Shown here: piece by piece, positions 35,734 through 44,186 of the stretch
Numbering within the stretch: position 1 is the first letter of the stretch
Layout of the letters: each line of letters begins with the position of its first letter
DNA from: a candidate division WOR-3 bacterium
Lineage (GTDB): Bacteria; Hydrothermota; Tepidihabitantia; Tepidihabitantales; Tepidihabitantaceae
DNA length: 50,221 bases
Assembly: GCA_037441285.1 (NCBI GenBank)
Contig: JBBISL010000009.1
Location: 16,730-66,950 of the forward strand
Direction of reading: 5' to 3'
Notes under the pieces: generated by a model
Told to the model about the DNA's origin: nothing
Databases searched by the model: none
Seen by the model: the letters and a program-made list of their open reading frames with translations, nothing else
Position numbers and translations under genes: made by a program

Positions 35734-36313
35734 TGTTTTCCGGCGGTAAAGCGTTGATTGAGTCAATGTACGCCTGAGGCAAGCCGGTGGAATCGGTAAT
35801 GGTCCAGACCGCGCGTTGCACCATACCGAGATTTTGGGAGATGTCCTTGTTTTTGACCAGTTGTGCCAGTTGCTGGAGCTCAGGGTTGTCGGTCAAAGGT
35901 CCAAGGCGGAAGGTGTCGGCTTCGGTTGGTATCTGACGATAGCGGTTACAGCAGAACACACCGACGACAACGCTGGTCCGGGCAGGGTTCGCGGTGATAA
36001 AATGGTCTTTAAGAACAACCACATGCTGGGTACTGTTCCTGGTTGAGGTGAAGAGTAAACCGCCGGGCAGGGTGTCGTGAAGCGGGCTGGTGCTTGTTGT
36101 CTGGCAGATAAGTTCCACCGTGTACAATCCCCGGTCGCTGAACACGCGACGGTTGCCGGTGATGGCGATGGTATTGATTCCGGGGTTAAGGGAAAAAGGT
36201 GTGCCGGTGGGTTCGAAGTCGGTGGGTGGGAAGAGGTTGTCGCAGGCGGCGAGGAGCAGAAGTGCGGTAGCGCAGAGGCGCAGAAGAGCGGAAGTAATTT
36301 TGAGTTTGCTCAC
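35717..36313 (-). CDS. Lipoprotein, paralog of the adjacent gene (TED/TQXA-like motifs)
   Basis: Lipobox LAAC; FCCN..P and VQRAVWTITD motifs. Confidence 0.75.
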   Translation of the reverse strand: MSKLKITSALLRLCATALLLLAACDNLFPPTDFEPTGTPFSLNPGINTIAITGNRRVFSDRGLYTVELICQTTSTSPLHDTLPGGLLFTSTRNSTQHVVVLKDHFITANPARTSVVVGVFCCNRYRQIPTEADTFRLGPLTDNPELQQLAQLVKNKDISQNLGMVQRAVWTITDSTGLPQAYIDSINALPPENNGDHH

Positions 36314-36894
36314 GGGAGTTGTTGCAGGAGTAAGCGGGTAGTGTCGGTTAGTCCATCACCGTCGGTGATTTCGTAGACCGCATCCTGGACCAGTTCCACG
36401 GCATCAATGTTGTTCAGGTTTTTGGGTTTGAGGATGGAGAACAGTTCGTTGAACTCTCGTTCCCAGACCTGGATGTGAATTTCGTAGGTCATATCTTCAT
36501 CCGGTTCATCCAAATCTTCATTGCAACCGTAGGTGGGGAGAAGGATTGTTGTATCCTGGTCAGGGGGTACCGAGAAAGAAAACTCCTGGACCAGCATCAT
36601 ATACTGATACTCGTGGTCTAAAGGGGAAAACACCAATCCGGCTGGCATCTTGACGGCGATACGGTTGGAGGTGGTGTTGAGTAGGACTGCCTGGAGCGGC
36701 ATCAAAGAAAATGTTGTTTCTTCACCTAAGCCCCTGATTTCCCGTACGGTAATGCCTTCGGGTAACTGATATGGTTTGCCGCCGATGGGCTCAAATGCGC
36801 CCCGTTCCCACTGGCGCTCGGGCAGTTTTTCGCAAAGGGTTGCGATGCTAAACAGCCCGGCAAGGAGAGCGGTGTAAATTTTAATGCGTTTCAT
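36310..36894 (-). CDS. Probable lipoprotein, acidic paralog
   Basis: Signal ending ATLC; aligns with neighbour (FEP..G.P..L..GI, P.GL.F, YGCN..P, VQDAVYEITD, C-terminal LP). Confidence 0.75.
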   Translation of the reverse strand: MKRIKIYTALLAGLFSIATLCEKLPERQWERGAFEPIGGKPYQLPEGITVREIRGLGEETTFSLMPLQAVLLNTTSNRIAVKMPAGLVFSPLDHEYQYMMLVQEFSFSVPPDQDTTILLPTYGCNEDLDEPDEDMTYEIHIQVWEREFNELFSILKPKNLNNIDAVELVQDAVYEITDGDGLTDTTRLLLQQLP

Positions 36895-36900
36895 CATTAC

Positions 36901-36929
36901 AGGTTAGACAGAAATGAGCCTTTTGTCAA
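36901..36929 (-). promoter_or_regulatory. sigma70 promoter (leaderless-type)
   Basis: TTGACA-17-TAACCT, 6 nt to ATG at 36894. Confidence 0.65.
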
Positions 36930-37122
36930 ACCCTCCCCTGTGACCCCTCCCATAAAGGGAGGGGAATGATACAAATTGTGGCCCCTTCCATAAAGGGGAA
37001 GAAGGATGCAGGTGGTGTTCCCTCTTGTAATGGGGGTAATGATGCGGGTTGTGTTCCCGCGCGTAAAGGGAAGGGGTAATGATTCTTTCCCTCTCCCGTT
37101 GTGGGAGAGGGTAGGGTGAGGG
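36930..37122 (+). repeat. Cluster of REP-like hairpins: four degenerate 36-38 bp tandem units plus CCCTCTCCC/GGGAGAGGG..GGGTGAGGG
   Basis: Units start at 36939, 36977, 37014, 37050, consensus (T/G)GTG..CCC....TAAAGGG..G.AATGAT. Confidence 0.75.
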
Positions 37123-37158
37123 CGTAAAGGGGCGAGAACTGCGGAAGCCGGACCGTCT

Positions 37159-39249
37159 TTACACCTGTTCCTTTGGGGCACTGGTTGCATAGCGATAATG
37201 GTAGTAGCGATACTTGTACCGATAGTAGCCATAGCGGTGCTTGAGATTGATGCCGTTTGCCACGACACCGAGGATACGGGCTTGCGCCTGGTTGAGGAGT
37301 TTACGGGCTTCGGTAAGGGCACGGATGTCGGTTTGGTTTATTCGGGTGACAAGCAGGATACCGTCCGATTTAGCGGCAAGCGCAACCGCATCGGCGGACA
37401 CCAGTACCGGTGGTGTGTCAATAACGATGTACTCATACATCTCGGCAAGGCGGTTGAGGAAAGAGGCAAACGCACTGGAGGTGAAGAAGTCAACTGGTGA
37501 TGGGGGTGTTGTGCCGGCACAGATGACCGCGGGTGCATCGGGCGCCGGTTTGTACAGGGCTTGTTCCAGCGGCGTACCGAGCAGTACCACATCGGTGATG
37601 CCCGGTTTGCGGTGCCGACCAAAGTGTTTGTGGATGACCGGTTTGCGCAGGTCGCAGTCAAGGAGTATCGTGCTTTTGCCGCTGCGGGCAAGGACGAGGG
37701 CGAGGTTGGTTGCGACCGTGGACTTACCTTCAGATGGGCTGGGTGAACTGATGACAATTTTCTGAATTTTCTTTTCGGCGCCCAGAAACTGGAGGTTGGT
37801 GCGGAGGATGCGGAACTGTTCACACACATTTTCCGGCAGTTCCAGCGGCGAAGTGGAGTTAAGCCGGGGGATGGAACCGATAATCGTCCAGGAGCGGCGT
37901 TCAAGGTCTTCCGGGTGCCGCACAAGCGTGTCAAGTTTGTCAACTACGGTTGTTGTGCCCAGGGCAAAGAGCACGCTGAGCAAGAGCGCGGTGACCGCAT
38001 TTCTCAGGGGGCTGGGTCGGATTTTGCGGCCCGGACCTGGTGCGTCAATCAGTGCCACCAGTGAGAGTCGGCCCGCTTCCTGGATGCGCGCCTCTTCAAA
38101 CTTTAACTCAAGGAGGGAATGGACCTGCCGGGCAACTTCAACATCACGGGTAAGGCGGGCGAGTTGACGTTCTTCTGACGGTAGCCGGGCGAGTTCAAAG
38201 TCGTAATCGGTGATGGTCTGGGCGAGGGCGTTTGCCTGGGCTTCGAGGCGGGTGATTTCGGTGGTGATGGCGGCAATCCGGGTGGTAACCTCGGGCAGGG
38301 ATTGCAGGGCGGTAGGATTCTGGCTGAGGCGCAGGGCGGTAAGCTGGCTTTTGAGTTCGTCAATCCGCTTGTTCAGTTCCCGGAGACGCGGACTAATTGT
38401 ATCATAACCCTGGACGAGGAGATTGGTTCGTTCGGTTTCCAGGTTGGTAAGTTGTGCGGTGAGCGATGCGAGTAGGGGCAGTTCGGTGCCCGGGGTGCGC
38501 TCGTTTGTTGAGGTTGAGTCAAGGTTCTGGAGCATAGCGAGTTCCTGTCTCAAGCCGGCGAGTTCGGCGGTATTTCGCTCATAAAGGGAAAGAACCGCAC
38601 TCTGCCGTTCAATCAGCGCCTTTGCCTGGGAGGAGAGGTCGGTGTTGCCCGCGGCGCGCTTATAGGCTTCCAGCGCCTTTTCGGCGGAGTCGAGCCGGGT
38701 GCTGATGCCCGCCAATTGTGTGGCAACGAACTCCCGCACAGCACGGATGTCAGCGCGATTGCGTTCCAGGGTCCAGGCTTGATAGGCGGCGACATAGGCG
38801 TTGGCGATGGCGCGTGCCAGTTCCCGGGTGGGCGCGTTGACCGACAGTTTGAGGATGTCGGCGTCGCGCACGGCACGGACCGAAAGATTATTGACCAGTT
38901 CCAGAACCGGGTCGGTATGAGCATAGCGCTCAAGCTCGGCACGCTGTTCATCAGGCAGCGTGTCGAGGACGAGCTGGGCAAGGGCGCGGCTCTTGATGAT
39001 TTCAATGTGGTTGGCAAGGTTGGGCCGAGCCGAGAAACTGCCGGCGGCAGGGTTGAAGATAAACTCGGCACCGGTGGTACTGGTGGTACGGTTGACAAGG
39101 ATTGTGGCGCTGGACTGGTAAACCGGGCGTGCGGTCTGGGTGGTGATGAAAATCAACGCGGCGCTGGCGGTAAGGAGCAGAAGGAAAAACCCAAACCGCC
39201 GGTTGATAATGTCAAGGTAATAACTGAAACCATGTTCTTCTTTTGCCAT
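37159..39249 (-). CDS. wzc: Polysaccharide co-polymerase / tyrosine autokinase (Wzc/GumC)
   Basis: Two TM segments flanking a coiled coil; EQFRILRTNL, Walker A PSEGKST, DCDLRKP, IDTPP, C-terminal Tyr cluster YGYYRYKYRYYHYRY. Confidence 0.9.
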   Translation of the reverse strand: MAKEEHGFSYYLDIINRRFGFFLLLLTASAALIFITTQTARPVYQSSATILVNRTTSTTGAEFIFNPAAGSFSARPNLANHIEIIKSRALAQLVLDTLPDEQRAELERYAHTDPVLELVNNLSVRAVRDADILKLSVNAPTRELARAIANAYVAAYQAWTLERNRADIRAVREFVATQLAGISTRLDSAEKALEAYKRAAGNTDLSSQAKALIERQSAVLSLYERNTAELAGLRQELAMLQNLDSTSTNERTPGTELPLLASLTAQLTNLETERTNLLVQGYDTISPRLRELNKRIDELKSQLTALRLSQNPTALQSLPEVTTRIAAITTEITRLEAQANALAQTITDYDFELARLPSEERQLARLTRDVEVARQVHSLLELKFEEARIQEAGRLSLVALIDAPGPGRKIRPSPLRNAVTALLLSVLFALGTTTVVDKLDTLVRHPEDLERRSWTIIGSIPRLNSTSPLELPENVCEQFRILRTNLQFLGAEKKIQKIVISSPSPSEGKSTVATNLALVLARSGKSTILLDCDLRKPVIHKHFGRHRKPGITDVVLLGTPLEQALYKPAPDAPAVICAGTTPPSPVDFFTSSAFASFLNRLAEMYEYIVIDTPPVLVSADAVALAAKSDGILLVTRINQTDIRALTEARKLLNQAQARILGVVANGINLKHRYGYYRYKYRYYHYRYATSAPKEQV

Positions 39250-39261
39250 TGTTTGGACCTC

Positions 39262-40383
39262 CTAATGTTTTAACGCCTTTTGCAGACAATCAACGATAAA
39301 ATAAATTTGTTCCTTTTTTAATTTACTGGAAAAGGGCAGAGCGAGCGTCTGACGGGCGATTTGTTCGGTGATGGGAAAGGCACCGGGCTTATAGCCGAAC
39401 CGGCCGCGGTAAAAAGGCAAAAGGTGAATGGGCGGAAAATAGGGGGCGCAACCAATTCCCTGTTCCTCGAGCCGGGCGATGATTTTCTTACGGTTGAGGT
39501 TCGGGTCAAGACGGATGCAGTAAACGAACCAGTGGACAAAAGCACCCGGCGCCGCGGTCGGGGTTTTAATCTGAGGTATTGAGGCGAGAAGCTGGGTGTA
39601 GAGGCGGGCAACGCGCTGACGACGGTTGAGGATAATATGAAGACGGCGCAACTGTGTCCAGCCGAGGGCGGCGCTCATCTCATCGAGGCGGTAGTTGTAG
39701 CCGAGTCGGATGTGGTGAAGCCATTTACCGTTGAGGTCGTTTCGGCCCTGGTTGGTCATACTGCGACAGAGTTGACTGAGGCGGCGGTTGTCGGTCAGGA
39801 GCATACCACCTTCGCCGGTGGTAATCTGTTTGTTGGGGTAGAAGGCAAAGGTCGCGATGGTGCCGAAGGCACCACAGCGTTTTATACCCTGCGGGGTGCG
39901 CAGGGCACTACCCAGCGCTTCGCAGGCATCTTCAATCAAAAGCAAATTGTGGCGGCGGGCAAGGTCGGTAATACGATTCCAGTCGGCGGGATGACCAAAG
40001 ATGTCAACCGCAAGGATGGCGCGGGTGCGCGGGGTGATGGCGAATTCAATTTTTGCCGGGTCGATACAGAGGGTTTTAGGTTCGATATCGACAAATACCG
40101 GTTTTACACCTTCGTAGAGCAGGCAGTTGGCTGAGGCGCAGAAGGAAAATGGTGTGGTGATGACTTCGTCGCCCGGTTTGAGACCAAGGGCGCGAACCGC
40201 AAGGTGTAAGGCGGCGGTGCCAGAGCTGGTGGCGACGGCGTAGCGGCGGTGGACATAGCGGGCGAGGCGGTTTTCGAATCGGGTGGCGTAAGGGCCGAGT
40301 GCCAGTCTGCCGGTTTTGAGAACGGCTTGAACAGCGCGGCGTTCAAGAGAACTGATGTCCGGGGCAGCAAGGGGGATTTTCAT
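39262..40383 (-). CDS. DegT/DnrJ/EryC1/StrS sugar aminotransferase
   Basis: SSGTAALHL, IEDACEALG, FAFYPNKQITTGEGG, GYNYRL. Confidence 0.93.
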   Translation of the reverse strand: MKIPLAAPDISSLERRAVQAVLKTGRLALGPYATRFENRLARYVHRRYAVATSSGTAALHLAVRALGLKPGDEVITTPFSFCASANCLLYEGVKPVFVDIEPKTLCIDPAKIEFAITPRTRAILAVDIFGHPADWNRITDLARRHNLLLIEDACEALGSALRTPQGIKRCGAFGTIATFAFYPNKQITTGEGGMLLTDNRRLSQLCRSMTNQGRNDLNGKWLHHIRLGYNYRLDEMSAALGWTQLRRLHIILNRRQRVARLYTQLLASIPQIKTPTAAPGAFVHWFVYCIRLDPNLNRKKIIARLEEQGIGCAPYFPPIHLLPFYRGRFGYKPGAFPITEQIARQTLALPFSSKLKKEQIYFIVDCLQKALKH

Positions 40384-41333
40384 TAGACCTCCAGAAGAAG
40401 CATGGTGACGCCGGTGAGAACAAGTAGCGCATGCCCGAACCAGAAGACAAGCACGGTGCGGCGCGGACCAAGGGGCGTGGCGGCGAGCAGGTCATAGAGA
40501 TGGTTGCGGTCGGCGTGGAAAAGTGGCTGGCGCAAATAGAGGCGGCGGAGCGTGACCCAGGTCAGGTCAACCAGCGGTGCGCCAAGGAGAAGCAGGAGGG
40601 CAAGGGCGGTCCAGAGGTCGATAGAGGAGAAGAACCGAGGCGCCGAAGGCGGATGGAACGGCAAAAGGGCAAATGTAGCAAAGGTCGCACCGAGAAGGTG
40701 ACTGCCACCATCACCGAGGAATAGGCGGGATGGCCGCTGAAGGTTAAGGACAAGAAAGCCAGTTAGAGTGGCGGTGAGAAGGAGAAGGGGGAGGAAAATT
40801 TCCGACCTGCCCATAACGGCGTAGATTGTTGCTATGCCGAGGAAGGAGATAAGTGCCTGTCCACCGGCAAGCCCGTCCAAGCCATCGGCAAGGTTAAAGG
40901 CGTTGAGTGCCAAAAGGGTGTAGGCGATGTTGAAGGAGAGGTTGAATAGCGCAGCGGGAAAAGCGAAATGGGTGGGGGTGAGGAGCAGGAAAGAGACCAG
41001 CAGGGCGAGGAGGAGCTGGAGAAGGAGTTTGATGCCGGGAACGGTGCGCTGTTTCCAGTAGAAGTCGTCACAGGTGCCGATTAGCAAAGCGATAATCGCC
41101 GGGATGAGAAGCCGTAAAACCGGGATGGTAGGGAAGAAAGTTGTGAGGATGAGTAGGGTGCTTGCCCAGGTTAAGAGTATGCCGATGCCACCGGTGAAGG
41201 GAACCGGCTGGCGGTGAATTTTGGCATTTCCCGGGTGGTCACACCAGTTGTGCTGGAGGGCAAAGCGCGCCAGGACCGTGTTGAGCAGGAGAGATGCGAA
41301 GATAGTAAACAGGACGAATAAAAGAGGCGTCAT
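40383..41333 (-). CDS. MraY/WecA-family initiating phosphoglycosyltransferase
   Basis: KIHRQPVPFTGG, GTCDD, NAFNLADGLDGLA, FLGDGGS, ADRNHLYD. Confidence 0.9.
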   Translation of the reverse strand: MTPLLFVLFTIFASLLLNTVLARFALQHNWCDHPGNAKIHRQPVPFTGGIGILLTWASTLLILTTFFPTIPVLRLLIPAIIALLIGTCDDFYWKQRTVPGIKLLLQLLLALLVSFLLLTPTHFAFPAALFNLSFNIAYTLLALNAFNLADGLDGLAGGQALISFLGIATIYAVMGRSEIFLPLLLLTATLTGFLVLNLQRPSRLFLGDGGSHLLGATFATFALLPFHPPSAPRFFSSIDLWTALALLLLLGAPLVDLTWVTLRRLYLRQPLFHADRNHLYDLLAATPLGPRRTVLVFWFGHALLVLTGVTMLLLEV

Positions 41334-41334
41334 A

Positions 41335-42516
41335 TTAACTCCTTTGCTGTTTTGAGTAGAGAAGGGGAGAGGTTAGACCGTCGTTTTTATTTGCCGCCGA
41401 GTCCGAGGGAGAAATGAAAGATGAGGGGACCTCACCGGCAATCTGTAATAAGGAAGGATGGGGTGGTTCTTGTGAGGGGCGCCAGTAGGTAAGGAGTGCC
41501 CAGAGCGAGCCGAGACCGTAGCCAATGTGAAGGACCGGGTAGGTGATAAGGTATAAAGGAAGGTGAAGAGGAGATGGGGTGGTAAGGGCGGAGAACAGAG
41601 TTAATAGCAGAAGGTAGCTACCGGCGGTGATAAGTAGCGGGAGGTGCGCGATGAGGCGGGGAGAGGGTAAATTAAATTTTGAAAGGGATGAGGTAAGTGG
41701 CTTCAGGCAACCGGCGGCGAGGAGAAGGGTTGTGATGAAGATGGCGGGTGCGAGATGGCGCAAGGAGAATGGTTTTGAAGCAAATCGAGTGCTGCGGATG
41801 ACCCAGTAGCCGTTGGCAAAACTGTTCCGGAAGAGGTCAATGAGGCGGGCACGGGCATAATAGTAGGTTTTTATTGAGGGGACGAGAAGGATTTGTTCAC
41901 CGGCACGGCGCAAGCGGAGGTTAAACTCAATGTCGTGGTTGCGGACAAGGTGGGTGTTGAAGGTGCCAAACCGGGTGAACAGTTCGCGGCGGTAGCCAGG
42001 GCAGGAGGCGGTGTCAGCGGTGCGAATGGTGCAGAGGTTGCGGCCGATGCGCATCAAAGAGTTGCCAACGCCGAATGGGGAGGCGAGGACACGAGCGATG
42101 GCACGGGCAATTGGGGTGCGGTCGGAAGGCAAAGTGATTGCGACCGAACCAACCGCCGCCGCATTTGTGTTATTGAGAATTCGAACCGCTTCAGAGATGT
42201 AGTTGGGTGAGTAACGATTATGGGCACCAAAGGTAAAGATGATTGCGCCGCGGGCGTGGGCGATGCCGATGTTTAAGGCATAAGGAGTGGTGCGATTGGG
42301 ATTGGAGATGATGCGAATGTTGTGCTCCGGATGATTGCGGGCAAACTGTTGGACTAAGGAGATGGTGCCGTCATCAGAAAAGCCATCGACAACAATAGTT
42401 TCGACGAGATGCGCCGGATAGTCCTGTTCGATGACGGAACGGAGTGCTCTGATGATGGACTTTTTCTCGTTGCGGCAGGGAATGATGATGCTGACCAGAG
42501 GAAGGGACTTGTTCAT
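41335..42516 (-). CDS. Glycosyltransferase family 2 (ExoA-like)
   Basis: VSIIIPCRNE, VDGFSDDGT, RNHDIEFNLRL; C-terminal TM helices. Confidence 0.9.
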   Translation of the reverse strand: MNKSLPLVSIIIPCRNEKKSIIRALRSVIEQDYPAHLVETIVVDGFSDDGTISLVQQFARNHPEHNIRIISNPNRTTPYALNIGIAHARGAIIFTFGAHNRYSPNYISEAVRILNNTNAAAVGSVAITLPSDRTPIARAIARVLASPFGVGNSLMRIGRNLCTIRTADTASCPGYRRELFTRFGTFNTHLVRNHDIEFNLRLRRAGEQILLVPSIKTYYYARARLIDLFRNSFANGYWVIRSTRFASKPFSLRHLAPAIFITTLLLAAGCLKPLTSSLSKFNLPSPRLIAHLPLLITAGSYLLLLTLFSALTTPSPLHLPLYLITYPVLHIGYGLGSLWALLTYWRPSQEPPHPSLLQIAGEVPSSFISPSDSAANKNDGLTSPLLYSKQQRS

Positions 42517-43566
42517 TTACTCCTCCCAGGGCTGGTAATTTCCATTGGCTGGTTCGCTCTTGAAGCGGATGCCGTAGCGACGGAGAAGGTCACGCAGTTT
42601 TTCGGTTAGGGGTGTGACACTGCCCTGTATCTGGCGTGCCTGGAGGTGGAAGATGGTGGTTTGGGTTCGGTCGGTGAAGACGGTGATGGTGTTGTCATAA
42701 TAGGCGATGGCGGTGGTGCCGATTTTGATGGTGAGAGTTTCGGGCTCAAATTGGGATTTTTGTCCGGTGTGATGGGCAAGGATTTCAGCGGCAACGGGAA
42801 GGAAGTCGCGGAAAAACGCCCGGCGTTCCTCTTTACTTAAGGGGCGGGGGAAAACACTCTCTTTCAGCACGCGACAGGGAACACCGGCGGCAAGAGCACC
42901 GGCCGGAATACTTCTTGTTACGACGGAACCAACACCAATGACCGTATTGGCGCCGATTGTTACCCCGGGGTTAACTATTGCTCCGGGCAGCCAGCAGTTG
43001 TCACCAATTGTTACGGGGGCAAAGGCAACCGGGAATCCCTGTAGCGCCGACTGGTAAGCACCGTGGGTGTAGATAGCGCTGTTGGTGCCGATGCCGACCT
43101 CATTGCCAATTGTTACGGGTCGGGCGGTGTTAATAAATGTTCGCATCCCGAGGTGGAGCCAGTAGCCGGCGGTCAACTGGGATTGAGGTTCAAAACAGGA
43201 GCCACCACCAATTCTCACATAAGGACCACACCACAATTCGCGGCCGATTTTTATCCGCCTGCCTTCGATGAGACAGTCCGGACCGATGACGCTGTTTTTC
43301 CCGAGTTCCAGTGATTCCAGGACCCGGATGGTTACACCGGAGGAGATACGGCAACCCGGGGCAAATTTGATTGAACCGCCCGTGATAACAACACCAGGCT
43401 GGATGACGCAACCCGTACCAAGTTCCAGTCGGGAGCAGCGGATTAAAACTTTTGAAGAGTGATTAAGGTCTTCTTGTACCGGGATGCCAACCGAGCAATT
43501 TTCACTGAGGATTAACTCCGGGCAGTCAAGCTGGACATCAGGGCCGATTTTTACTTCCATATCCAT
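42517..43566 (-). CDS. Left-handed beta-helix (hexapeptide) acyltransferase
   Basis: Extended hexapeptide repeats, IYTHG, VTIGDNCWL, AGVPCRV. Confidence 0.85.
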   Translation of the reverse strand: MDMEVKIGPDVQLDCPELILSENCSVGIPVQEDLNHSSKVLIRCSRLELGTGCVIQPGVVITGGSIKFAPGCRISSGVTIRVLESLELGKNSVIGPDCLIEGRRIKIGRELWCGPYVRIGGGSCFEPQSQLTAGYWLHLGMRTFINTARPVTIGNEVGIGTNSAIYTHGAYQSALQGFPVAFAPVTIGDNCWLPGAIVNPGVTIGANTVIGVGSVVTRSIPAGALAAGVPCRVLKESVFPRPLSKEERRAFFRDFLPVAAEILAHHTGQKSQFEPETLTIKIGTTAIAYYDNTITVFTDRTQTTIFHLQARQIQGSVTPLTEKLRDLLRRYGIRFKSEPANGNYQPWEE

Positions 43567-44186
43567 CGCACCACCTCAAAAGCTTCAGCAAACTGGACAC
43601 CGGCTTGAACGCCCCGAACTCGGGCAAGGCTACGGATAAAATCTTCACTGGTATAGGAGCGGAAGCGTTGCGATTGATAAGAGGCAAGGCTTTCGATTTT
43701 TCGCTGGATATGGCGCTCTTCGAGCGGGACAAAACAGACATGACGGAAGGTAAGAGTGTTCATCGGCAGTTCGTAGCCGAGGATTGATGTGTATTTGAAT
43801 GCCCGCAAGCCTTCTTGAAAAATCACCCGGTGGTCTTGATGAATGTCCGAGGATGCTGGGACAAACACAAGGTCGGGATTGAGTTGCTGCCGGCAGCGGA
43901 CCAGTTCCTCAAGTATTTCCTGGCGAAATTCTGGGAAGTGGCGAACCCGAAAGTCAAGGAGACGCCAGTTTTCCGGTCGTACCCCAAGTTTCGTTACTGC
44001 GGTAAAGCACTCTTTCTTCAAAATGTCGGGCGGAAATCCTTTAGGCACCGACTCTTCGCAGGGAGAAAATGCCATATAGTGAACTTCCTTTCCTTCTTCG
44101 ATCAGACGGACGATGGTGCCGGAACAACCGAACTCATCGTCGGTGTGGGCGCCTAAAACTAAAACGCGGTTAAATAATCCGTTCAT
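43551..44186 (-). CDS. PIG-L/LmbE-family N-deacetylase
   Basis: GAHTDDEFGC, DIHQDH, YQSQ, RGVQAG, AEAF. Confidence 0.9.
   Translation of the reverse strand: MNGLFNRVLVLGAHTDDEFGCSGTIVRLIEEGKEVHYMAFSPCEESVPKGFPPDILKKECFTAVTKLGVRPENWRLLDFRVRHFPEFRQEILEELVRCRQQLNPDLVFVPASSDIHQDHRVIFQEGLRAFKYTSILGYELPMNTLTFRHVCFVPLEERHIQRKIESLASYQSQRFRSYTSEDFIRSLARVRGVQAGVQFAEAFEVVRWIWK

Noticed and set aside
36939..37083. CRISPR array
   Set aside because: Units are degenerate, linkers are only ~10 nt and similar to each other, no cas genes are present, and the sequence matches the dispersed REP family
36897..37322. 141-aa - strand ORF with internal repeats (FTRGNTT)
   Set aside because: Translation of the REP array and an alternate wzc frame; runs through the promoter of the next gene
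41335..41480. REP-derived C-terminal tail on GT2 (and a short insert at ~44720-44760 in GT4)
   Set aside because: Purine/pyrimidine-tract character is suggestive but no clear hairpin or exact match to the repeat family was seen
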